DNA of 64,000 nt from Lytechinus pictus. Its lineage: Eukaryota. The DNA lies in the NCBI RefSeq assembly GCF_037042905.1, contig NC_087251.1, positions 36,582,001 to 36,646,000 of the forward strand, in the 5' to 3' direction. A program made the translations under genes and the position numbers. Positions 26,779 through 38,300 of this stretch are shown in pieces. Every line of letters begins with the position of its first letter. The first letter of the stretch is position 1. The notes under the pieces are model-generated. The model was not told the DNA's origin, did not search any database, and was given only the letters and a program-made list of their open reading frames with translations.

Positions 26779-27020
26779 CACTGCAAAAACTCCGGTGTTG
26801 ATTTAACACCAGCCCGGAATCTATATATGTCCACACCAGAGAAGTATTGAAACAACACCAGTTTGGAATCAAACCGATGCTGTTTTAATAATTGGTGTTG
26901 TATAAACAACTATCTGGTCTTAGACCAAAAGGAAACTGGTGTTGTTTAACACTTCTCTGGTGTGGACATAATATATAGATTCTGGGCTGGTGTTAAATCA
27001 ACACCTGAGTCTTTGCAGTG
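26779..27020. mobile_element. Palindromic CACTG MITE with TA target duplication
   Basis: TA|CACTGCAAAAACTCCGGTGTTGATTTAACACCAGCCC ... GGGCTGGTGTTAAATCAACACCTGAGTCTTTGCAGTG|TA, almost fully fold-back. It is absent in copy 2 (~37157). Confidence 0.9.
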
Positions 27021-29691
27021 TAATAAGACTAAGTGTTAATTGGGCAAAATGAATGAAAATAAAACGAATATTAGACCAACTGGTTATTGGACAAAATGGT
27101 TGTTAGACGAAATGTTGATGGACGGAATTGCGGTGGACTAAATGGAGGTAGACTATGTCGTGAGTGGACGAGTTGGCAGTGGACGAATTGACAATTTACC
27201 CATCCATTGAGTATGATGTAATCAATAATCATTGTACCATTCCTTTGCATAGAGACTGAGCACGTGCTGTAAACCAATAACGAGGGGGAGGGGCTTCCAA
27301 GGATAATCAAAATCTATTTCAAGTGTTGTGCATGAATCAAGTGCGTTGCTATGTCAGTAAAAAAAAATCGTTTGTTATGCATATTGAAGACCCCAAACAA
27401 TTCGACTTCAGAGCCCTATCACTTTGGATGCTACAACAGGGGGGGGGGGGTGAGCGATTGGCTTTCAAGGGAGAACAAATGATCTTGCAATGAATAATGC
27501 AATAAACCGGAATCCGATGTGTTGTTGCTATGTAAGGAAAAAATAATCTTATATAAGGCGATAAAAATCTTTTTTTTAAACAAGTTCATATGGACAATTT
27601 TCATTTCAGTTGATATTCCTAGGTTTTTTTTTAAAGAGGTTTTATGCATATTCATATTTTCTTGCATGTGTCCGAGTCATATAAAACTTTTAAACAAATT
27701 GGACCTTCTGCCTTCTAGTCAGGCGCTCGACTTATTTTAAGATTTGAACACATTTGTAGTAAGTAGATTAAAAATGTGGGATACTGAATTTGCCGAAAAG
27801 CCATGGCCCTGGGAAGCACCCTTCAGCACCCACAAAAATTTCCTTGGGGGTGTTGTGTGTGTTATTCTCCAAAGGCAGCATCCCAGGTATTCTGGAAAAT
27901 GGAAAATGTAACGGAAACGACCTTCATTTTGACATGAAACACTTTTTCTGTTGTTGCTTCTGAAAATTCTCGAGACCAATTTGACCTCCATTTGTAGCGA
28001 AAACTTTCTTTTTGTTGCTTTTTTTCTTTTAAAATTTACATCAGCACCCCCATTAAAAAAAATCGTTCCCGGGGCCCTGATAAAAGCCGGTCCTTCCTGA
28101 TAGAAGCTTGGAATAAGGTAGTCTATAATTGGCGCAAATCAGTATATTTTTCAAACCTGAAAAGAATTATGAATATTACCTTGTTTCAAGCTTCCATATT
28201 TATAGTAAATTTAATCGCCAGTTGCATTTCTATTACCGTCTGATTGTGCTTTATGGTGGTTGCACTGCATTCTGCTTTCTTTCCTCATGGAGTGGTCCCA
28301 GTTCTGTCAGGTTCTTTAGACGTAATTGCAAAAGTCATTTCCGAAAGTGAAACTGCAAACTCTTGTGGCTTCGCGTCGCAGCATGTAAAATCAGTGACTT
28401 TGCTAGTAAAATAACACCAGTAAAAAAGAGAAATGTGGAATAAGGGGGGAAATGTATATTTGGCCTTACAAATTTGTTGAGAATGAAAATTGATGACCAC
28501 CCGCCACCTCGTAGTACATCGCTAAGCAGGGGCGGATCCTGGATTGTCCACTGGGGGCGGCAAAATGTTCATCGTATTTTTGTTTTCTGATTAGCTGCCC
28601 AAAGAGCCAAAGTCGTTTGAGGATGGACCGGGGGGGGGGGGTATAGTCATACAAGGCGAAGTTTAAGTAATTTTTAGCTTTGTTAAAAAAAAAATAGGTC
28701 TCGTAATCTTCAAGTAATGATGCGAACTTTTTTCTCCTTCACCTCTTTCTTTTTTATCACCTCCAATTGTATATTTTAACCTGTGAAAAATGTCTTCGTG
28801 CATTGTAATTTTTGTAACATATGAAAAATGAAGACGCTGTCATAAAACATCAAAGTGAGCTGATTACTTTTATAGTCCAATGTAAAGCAACATTGTGATT
28901 GCACAGTATGCTGACATTTTTTTGTTTTGTTTTAAATCGTCTTTGAAACTCCGTGGAAAACCCAAAAGTTATTGCTATTTAGGACTGGATAAAGACCACC
29001 CAAATATATTATTTTAACCCCCTTTTGTTTGACAAAAAACAGATACGATATGTCACTAAATTCGCGGGAAGCTGTATAGAGGCAAATATATGCATGGTTG
29101 TCTAACAGCCAATTGGGAAAATTAAGGTATGATCAAAGGGTGATGACGTGGGTGAAGCGGTAGAATACCAATCGTATTGGGACATCCCTCATTCACAACA
29201 TCGCTCTTCATTAAAACCATATTGTTATCATGAGCTAATTATCAGGGGCGGCGACAGGGTATTGGAGAACCGGAACAGCAGTTTCGTCTAAATTATGTCG
29301 TTTTTCCAGATTCAAGGACTAAACTGCTCTTTTGATTCCCAAATTTTCCACAAAGACTTCTTGCTTATTCTTTGTCATGACTGGCATTTGAAAATTAACA
29401 CATTGATCTTGAATCGTCCGAACGTCGCTTTGCAAAACTGCGTAATGACCGACTCCGAGGATGTTCTGGAGCAGGTAGCCTACTGGGGTACCTATGTATT
29501 TTCGTAATGCTATTCACACCGGCAAAACCGTCTCCAGACCGGATGTCATCATTACCATTAACAGACCTTTGGAGTCGGCTTCTTTTGTATGACTGTAGCA
29601 TAATAAGGCCATGACATAGCTCACTGCTAATGAAGATCCAGTCTTTCTGCAATTGATGATAGTTGGTTTTCTTTATCTTTGGTTATTTCAG

Positions 29692-30185
29692 ATAGCTGCG
29701 AAGAATGGATGCTGTGTCGTAGTGAGAAGCTGGTGTCCTACCTGTCCCGTCTGGATGACCTTCCGAGCTGTCCCTGCCACTTCCCAACCAACAACGCCAT
29801 CGTGGATCCTCAGCAAGGCCGGGAGTTCCATTGGATTCAACAAGATCCTGAGGCAGCCCGACTGGATATCTACAAGCCGACCGCCAGTAGCTGTATCCAA
29901 TCGGTACGTTCCTACCGCAGTACGTCGCTCGCCTCGCAGCAGTGCTGCTACGACGCCAATCAGAGGTTGATCACCAGAGGCCAAGGGGCTGGTACGCCTC
30001 AGCTCATCACGGCACAGATCTCTCGGGAGCTGCATTACAAGATCGACATCTTGCCCTGGATCATATGCAAAGGAGACTGGACCAAGTACAATCGGATCAG
30101 GCAGCCTAATAACGGCAGAGAATGCGAAGAGATTCCAGATTTGCAGACATTCCTTTCTCAGGTTGAAGAAGCGCGGGACTTCTGA
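29692..30185 (+). CDS. Duplicated isthmin terminal AMOP exon (distal copy); possible alternative last exon or non-functional partial duplicate
   Basis: Same length, frame, acceptor and stop as 18823-19316. By eye there are 11 substitutions (2 nonsynonymous, Q>L and S>A; 9 synonymous). No upstream exons lie within the duplicated unit. Confidence 0.7.
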
Positions 30186-30248
30186 ACAAGGAAGTTGTTT
30201 TGTCCTACTACATTCTCTTTGGGAGAGAAACGGAAATGGGACCAAGAA

Positions 30249-30574
30249 ATTCGTAAGAAATTTCTCGTCCTTGACAAACTTTCTGTTTGGTGATTCAATA
30301 TGCACTGCCAGCTAACGAACGTGGTGTATATCACCTGTAAAACAAATGGGGGCTGTTTTATATATATATATATTTTTTTTTTTGGGGGGGGGGACTTGGT
30401 TGAAATCTCCTTTTCACTGATTCGTAAGAAATTTCTCGTCCTGGACAAACTTTCTGTTTGGTGATTCAGTATGCACTGCCAGCTAACGAACTTGGTGTAT
30501 ATCACCTGTAAAACAAATGGGGGCTGGTTTTGTTTTTTTGGGGGGGGGACTTGGTTGAAATATCCTTTTCACTG
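30249..30574 (+). repeat. Local ~170-bp tandem duplication in the 3' UTR of the distal AMOP exon
   Basis: The unit attcgtaagaaatttctcgtcc...ttttcactg starts at 30249 and again at 30420. It is single-copy in the proximal 3' UTR. Confidence 0.9.
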
Positions 30575-31475
30575 ATTTGCCTTTCCTGTTGCCGAATGGT
30601 TTTGAAAGTGTGGGTGGATTGGGCGGGGCTGACCTTGTAAAAAATCTCAATCCGATGGTAATTATTAAGTTTTTGTACACATTTATTGATAAAACGTGGG
30701 GGAGTCAGTAACCCCCCCCCCTCCGGTTCTGGGGATTATGTTTCTCTCTGTCTTTCAGATTCTTTCTCCATTTTCTTTTCTCTTTGTCATTCCCTGACAG
30801 CACTTAAACACATTTCAACATTTTCCCTTGAATACTTAAAATGAGCAGGTTGATTGATATTGAAACTCTTGTTCTAGAGAGAGTCATATCAATTATAATT
30901 TATTAAGAAGAATGATTTGGTGTAACCAGTTAACATTTTTTGGCCAGTTACGATAAAATATGGCTATACTCATTTTTATATCTGACTATATAGATTTCAT
31001 CATAATGAACGCAAAACAAATTTTATACTGGTTGGAAAAAAATATGATATTTCCTTTTTAATAGGTGAGTTATATGAATTATGTGAATTTGGTATTTTTA
31101 TCCTGTCAGGAGTTGATGATGTTGTTAACGATATTCACTTTTTGAATATGATAACTACCTCGAATGATAATGTCATTATTTGTATTATATACCTGTGAGT
31201 ATATAGGCTACTGATTAGAAATTTACGCTGCAGTCACACAATGAAACCGATAGGTAACCGATCGCTGAGTACTGTACGTCATTGCTATGGCCGGTCTGGG
31301 TTTGGCTTCGCTGATGTGGCTTTGATTAGACTACACATTGACATTTAATCGATATATATAGAGGCGTACCTGTTAAGGTCTACTTTTAAATTATGTTTGT
31401 ACTGAAATAGTCACGGGTTTGTACTGTATATATACTTATTGCTAGAATTGTGATTCAAGTATTTAAAACAGAACA

Positions 31476-31645
31476 CACTCTAAAAAACGAAGAGCTATAA
31501 TTTAGCTCTTAAAGAGCATGTATAGGCGACTGCGCACTTCGGAGTGCTGATTTTTCTCGCTCAAATTTTAACTCGACAAATCAGCACTCCGAAGTGCAGT
31601 CGACACGCTCTTTAAGAGCTAAATTAGCTCTTCGTTTTTAGAGTG
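31476..31645. mobile_element. Palindromic CACT MITE with 2-bp CA target duplication (EnSpm/CMC-like)
   Basis: CA|CACTCTAAAAAACGAAGAGCTA ... TAGCTCTTCGTTTTTAGAGTG|CA. It is absent in copy 1 (~20503). Confidence 0.9.
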
Positions 31646-34600
31646 CATGCAGAATAGGATCACCCATTATCTCCTAACTGATTGGATTTGTGTTTGTACT
31701 ATCATCTCAACTTGATATTTCAATCGCATGAATTTGATTTTTTTGCTTATGGAGGTAGATTTCAAACTGCGATTAAATATCAATTTAAGAGAAGAAACCA
31801 TAGAATCTAAAGTAAACGGCGTGTTCGTAATAACGTTCTGTGCATTCTCGAATTTCAAATTTTGTGTGGTTGAAAACACTGATTATAACAATATCGTTTC
31901 TTATTTGCAGTCAATAAATTTCTGCAAATACTTCATTTCTTATATTTCTAAAATCTCTATGGCAATCAAAAATAACATTAACGTTCTTTTTAAGTCACTG
32001 GTTTATTATTTTGTATTGTTCCTACTGTACATTAGTCCATTATAAATAAAACTGCATTTAAGAGATTATAGAGACATAATGTGTTTCTCAGGGAATTTGT
32101 ATAATATATATGATGGTATGCATAATTATGTTGCTGAAAATAGTGTTTTTTAATATTTTAAGAAGTCACCTAGCCAACCTTTGATGTGTTGTGAACGAGG
32201 ATGTTTCGAAGTTTACCATTATTTTGAATGAATGTTTTCTGAACGAACGTATATATCAACGTTCGAATTTTAACGTATCGATAAATTACATTTCCCTTTG
32301 TTTCTTTGTTATTTTTAACTTATTTGTTGTTATTTTTCATTCGCCATTTTTAACACATTATTAATTCATTAATTAATTAATTGACTTATTGATTTTTTTT
32401 CTGGGGGGGGGGGTAATGTATGACAGCGAAGGTGTGATTGAAAAGGGTCATTTCAACGGAATTCGTTTTATTTTATTTTTTTTCAAATTTGAACTTTTCT
32501 TGCCATTGTTCTTAAAAATAATATTCATATTCAAAATACGAATTTCCACTATGGTAAGAATGAAAGGCTGAATTATGCTATATATTATTAAACTTTGTAT
32601 TTCGGTATCAATGTTGAAGAAAATACTAGGAAACACGTAATTATTATGTTCCATGTATATTTTAATCAATATTAAACTTGCATGGAAGGTTATTAGTTCC
32701 GATCTAAATGTCTTTCCTGGTACCCAGGGGCGGAGTGGCGCCGTGCTATTTTGAAAGGAGTGCAAAATGACCTATTTTAATATTGCATTACCATTACAGA
32801 GATAATAAAAGATTCAACGACACATACGTCTCTTTTTTATGCTCTTCTCTTTGCATCCCCCCTTTTCTTTTTTCCTCTGTTTCCCCCACTACTTGAAAAT
32901 TCACAGGGGTGGTCGCCCCCGCCCCCGTAGGGATGCCCCTGCTTGTATTAGTTAATCGTTCGCATCTAGACTGATTTTAACATTTGCCGCGCCATTATTA
33001 ATTTGGCTTTATATAATAATGTTTAAAATGATTTAGAATTCCTGGTATCATCGATAAGAATCATATTGATGAGTCATGTGTTAAACGTATATATTTTTGT
33101 TTTCATGTACTCTATTTATTTCATCAGATGATAAAATGCATAAAAATTGTATATGATTTTATGTTTAGTTCCACGTTGAAAAACACTTGTATGTGATTAA
33201 AACAAATGGAAATAAAAATTTTAATTCCTGTATCATTTGGTTGTTTTGTGTGAGAACAATGGAATATGTCGTTTAAAAGTCTTTTAAAATGTGAAAGGTA
33301 TTCTATCCATTTAGAGAGATGTGTGGTTCATTCAATTAAAAAGTAGTACGTTATTAAAGAAATAAAAGTGCTGTTTCCTAAACAAATCAATAACAAATAC
33401 AATAAACCGTGTAGAATCCTCGTCAAATGGAGCAGTTCGTGTAGTAGAAGAGATTTTAAGAAAATTGTCGTGTTTGACGAGAAAAAAAATTGTGAAAATG
33501 AGTGGATCATATAAAAATATAATGCTTTTCTTAAAGCATGATTTCTAGTCATCTGACTGAAATTATTCCAATGTTTTACAAAAAGAGTGTAGTGGTATTT
33601 GATAATATCTTAATCATGATCTATTAATAAGAATTGGTTGATCAAACGTGTCTGACTGAGAATATCTTTTCAAGGTTGGCTCATACTTAAAAATGCTTAG
33701 CTCATTACTGGAAAATATATTGATATTGTCCTTGGAGATTGAATTCAAATTGTATTAAGAATTATTCAAATTCACTCTACTATAATTATGATACACCTGG
33801 ACCCCGTCTTACAAAGAGAGATAGCCTCAAATAAAACTCCTATTGCGATTGAGCTCAATTTGCGAATGCATTATTGAAGAGATGGAAGTTTAGATCAGCG
33901 CAAAAGGTGAGAAAGGTGAAAAGCTCAGTTGTATAACAAAACTAAGAGAGAGAGAGAAGGGGGGGGGGGTATAAATCTCATAATTTATTGTCGTCCCACA
34001 GTTCTCAATTTCATCTTTCTTATTTCGGTTTGAAGTCGCTCAAACCTAAATGAATTTTAGGTTGTCATTTCTGCAGATTGAAATGCTTTTCTAAGTCTGA
34101 GGCCTTAAAACCATGACTTATATAAAGTGTGGACAATTTCATACATAATCTATTTATTTTTGATGGAATATGCGGTGATTTTTTTATCATACGAAGTAGA
34201 GAATGGCATGAGGAGCGGCGGATTCAAGATTTTATCAATCAAGGGGCACAGAAAGAGGTTGTTCATGATTTCTTCAGAATTTCCTGCCTAACCCATCCCC
34301 CTCCCTGAAAAGATTTAGGGGGGTGATCACAATTGCATTGCCTCCTGGATCAGGATCTGTCATTGAATATGTCACGCTAATAAAGCGAAAAATTACTTTT
34401 CCTGCTCTATAATAGCGGAAGATCAAATTCCAGGGGTGGCTAGGGGTGGTTCCAAATGGGGGCAGGGGACGAATGTCTCCTCTATCGTCAAAAAGGAATA
34501 AAGAGGGAGAAATGGGCAAGAAAATTATAAAAGGAGATCTGCAGGACAGACAGTGCAACTATATAATACCCATTGATCTTTATACGGATCGGTAATTATA

Positions 34601-35249
34601 ATACCCCTATAATTCAATCAAGAACATAAGATTGTGTAACCTTTTGTTATCTCCCCCCATCTAAATACCCCGCTGCCGCCCCTGATCTATATACGCAATA
34701 CTGTATATCTGTTTGCAAAAAGGGGCGTCAGTCATGATCCAGTGGGCAGCGGTGCGGTGCCTTCTCTTGTATAAAGTGCATTATGCTGATCATTTACAGA
34801 GGTGAGGACTGGGATGGGGGGGGGGGGAGCCCCTTGGCCCCCTGGATTTGCCAAAGGTCTCTCATATAAGGAAAACTTTACCTATCTATTTTATTCATCA
34901 AAACATCTTTAAGGAATGCCAGTATAGGATTTCATTTTAAATCAGAGCAAAATCATATCAAATATTTCTATTCCTGTATTAAAAAAAACATATGGAAATT
35001 GTCAATATGAATATTATTTATAATAATAATCTCTTACCTCTAAATCGGCAGCAGTTGACTAATATTTGATCACTCGTCTGGTTTATTGGAACAAAGCGGA
35101 AAACCCAAACTTCACACTCTCATCAAATACAACCCATGCAATACTAATTGGTTGGAAGTAATCAATCAATAATATCCTTGATAGTCACAGCTGACGGATG
35201 AGTGCTCTGTACGAATAATAGAGATACGGGATACATTGCGGGCATGTAA

Positions 35250-35322
35250 GCCACCTTAGCTCAGCGGTTAGAGCACTGGTCTTGTAAACCAGGGGTCGAG
35301 AGTTCAAATCTCTCAGGTGGCT
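35250..35322 (+). tRNA. tRNA-Thr (anticodon UGU), intact copy
   Basis: Perfect cloverleaf: acceptor GCCACCT/AGGTGGC, anticodon loop CTTGTAA, T-loop TTCAAAT. Pol III T-run at ~35338-35345. Confidence 0.95.
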
Positions 35323-38300
35323 GGGGCGTCGTTTCTCTTTTTTTTCTTATAATAATGAAATAGATTCATGAAGAACTATCGTACCAGGGAATGTGTTTGA
35401 AGAATTCACTGAAAATAAGGCACTAATTCACGTTTCGAGAGATTTCATTTTTAGAAAATTTTTACTCTGTTAATTTGCTGCCAACTCCCCCCCCCTCCCC
35501 ACAAAGACAGGTTCAACATTTAGCACAATTCAAATGCAAAACAAATCGATTTATAAAAATGCAATACCATATCAATATTGCATACACTTAATAAATTGAA
35601 ATTAATATTCATGATTCCAGGCTAAAAATCATGATAAATAGTATTATTGATCATGAATCAAATTTTGTTGCAATTTAAATTTTCTTATCTTGATGATTTT
35701 ATCTATTCATGAATTCTATCTATTCATATTTTCATTCATCTAATTATTGCCAATAACATCGAATTAAATCGAACATGTCTTTTAAGAACCCCTCTTCAAA
35801 ATTACTTTTGAGAAATTAATGAAGTTATATGTACGTTTTATGCTTATGTTATCCATTCTTAATTGAATAGCATGCTAGTTTACAACCTATGAATGAATTC
35901 TTTATATATATATATTTTCATGGAGGTGAAATGTTGTAAACATTGTCATTTCATTCTTTCAGCAGCCAATAATGTATATTGATTTTTGTTATACACAAAC
36001 TATACGCAAAATCATTAACTGTATAAAATCAAACAAATATAAATCATGAAATGTCTTTCTCATTTTCACTTGAGATATCCCGTTAATCTCTTATTTACAA
36101 ATAGGCCCGTTTACTATTAAACATGTCATAAGTATGCATACTTTTTTTTTAACAAATGATGTTCTTGGCATTCTGAAAACTCTGCAAATACTTAATTAAC
36201 TTCAACGAATACTTGCAGGAAAGAAATATACATGTATTAGTCCGAATCATTTAGAATTTATAAGATTATCAAAATGAAATCATCGGAATCAAAATAGTTT
36301 ATTATTACTTGTTGCTATCGTTGGCCTCTGTGGAGGTTTGAGAATGGACAAGGAGAAATCTTTAAAAAAAAACATGTCATGCATGATACGCATTCAGTGT
36401 AACTCATGACGGTGGACATAATGGGAGGTGCATGGGGTGTGTGTATGTGGTTTGAATAAAGAACAAAAGATCTTTCAATTGATTGTGTTCAATGGATTAT
36501 GCAAGGATCGAGTAAGGTACTATAGCTTAGACGTTTTGGGACCCTATAATGATTAGGGTCTTTGGTGGAAGCAAGTGAAATGGAGAATGCTACAATTGTC
36601 AATGATGTTATTCGATGAAGACAGATGAAAATGACATGAAATAGACAGCCGATCTCAGTTACAAAAAAAATGTATATCCTCTGCTATGAAAATGGAGACA
36701 CGGGACAGATGATATCGTGGCAGTTCAAGTATAAGAGGTAAGGTACAATTATGACATTTGTAAAACTCTCATTAATATTATTTCGCATGATGTATATAAT
36801 TATGATACGTAGCGATTTTACCCCAATTGTTATACGTTTGATAAGTAGGCCTTTTCTCTATATCATCATACTGTATCATTCAGTGTTCTATGGCTCTTTT
36901 ACAGAACAAGCATTTGTGGGGTAGAGATAGAATATGCCCCATTGATGAGGTTAATTTGCTTTCATGGTTGGTGAATGTTGATTATAAAATTGTACGGCAA
37001 GAGTGAGAATGTTAAGTCGGGCAAGCGGAACGGAACGGAAATCTGTTTACTCGAAAGAATGTAATTTGAATATGAAAAGACTCATTCATTTGTTTATTTT
37101 CATTTGGTCCAATGCCAATTTGTCCAATAGCCATTTAGTCCATATACCATTTGGTCTAATTAGACTAAGTGTTAATTGGGCAAAATGAATGAAAATAAAA
37201 CGGATATTAGACCAACTGGTTATTGGACCAAATGGTTGTTAGACGAAATGTTGATGGACGGAAAGGCATAAGACTAAATGGAGGTAGACTATATGTGGTG
37301 AGTGGACGAGTTGACAGTCGACGAATTTGACCTCCATTTTGTAGCGAAAACTTTTTTATTCAAATTTTTTCAAAACTTTTCAAATTTACATCAGCACCCC
37401 CATTAAAATAATCGTTCACAGGGCCCTGATAAAAGCCGGCCCTTCATGATAGAAGCTTGGAATAAGGTATAGTCTTAATTGGCGCAAATCAGTATATTTT
37501 TGAAACCTGAAAAGAATTATGAATATTACCTTGTTTCAAGCTTCCATATTTATAGTAAATCTAATCGCCAGTTGCATTTCTATTACCGTCTGATTGTGCT
37601 TTATGGTGGTTGCAATGCATTCTGCATTCTTTCCTCGTGGAGTGGTCCCAGTTCTGTCGGGTTCTTTAGACGTAATTGCAAAAGTCATTTCCGAAAGTGA
37701 AACTGCAAACTCTTGTGGCTTCGCGTCGCAGCATGTAAAATCAGTGGATTTGCTAGTAAAATAACACCAATAAAAAGAGAAATGTGGAACAAGGAGGGAA
37801 ATGTATATTTGGCCTTACAAAGTTGTTGAGAATGAAAATTGATGACCACCCGTCACCTCGTAGTACATCGCTATGCAGGGGCGGATCCTGGATTGTCCAC
37901 CGGGGGCGGCAAAAATGTTCATCATATTTTTTTTTCTGATTAGCTGCCCAAAGAGCCAAAGTCATTTGAGGATGGACCGGGGGGGGGGGTATCGTCATAA
38001 AAGGCGAAGATTAAGTAATTTTTAGCTTTGTTAAACAAAAATAGGTATCGTAATCCTCAAGTTATGATGCGAACTTTTTTCTCCTTCACCTCTTTCTTTT
38101 TTATCACCTCCAATTGCATATTTTAACCTGTGAAAAATTTCTTCGCGTATTGTAATTTTTGTAACATATGAAAAAAGAAGACATTGTCATAAAACATCAA
38201 AGTGATTTAATTACTTTTAGAACCATATAGTTCAATGTAAAGCAATAGTGTGATTTCATAGTCTGTTTTGTTTTAAATCGTCTTTGAAACTCCATGGAAA

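Larger units (their letters stand above)
18375..29264 (+). repeat. Tandem segmental duplication, copy 1 (~10.9 kb)
   Basis: Colinear and highly similar to 29265-38602, from gagaaccggaacagcag to atcaggggcggcgacagggtatt. Confidence 0.95.
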
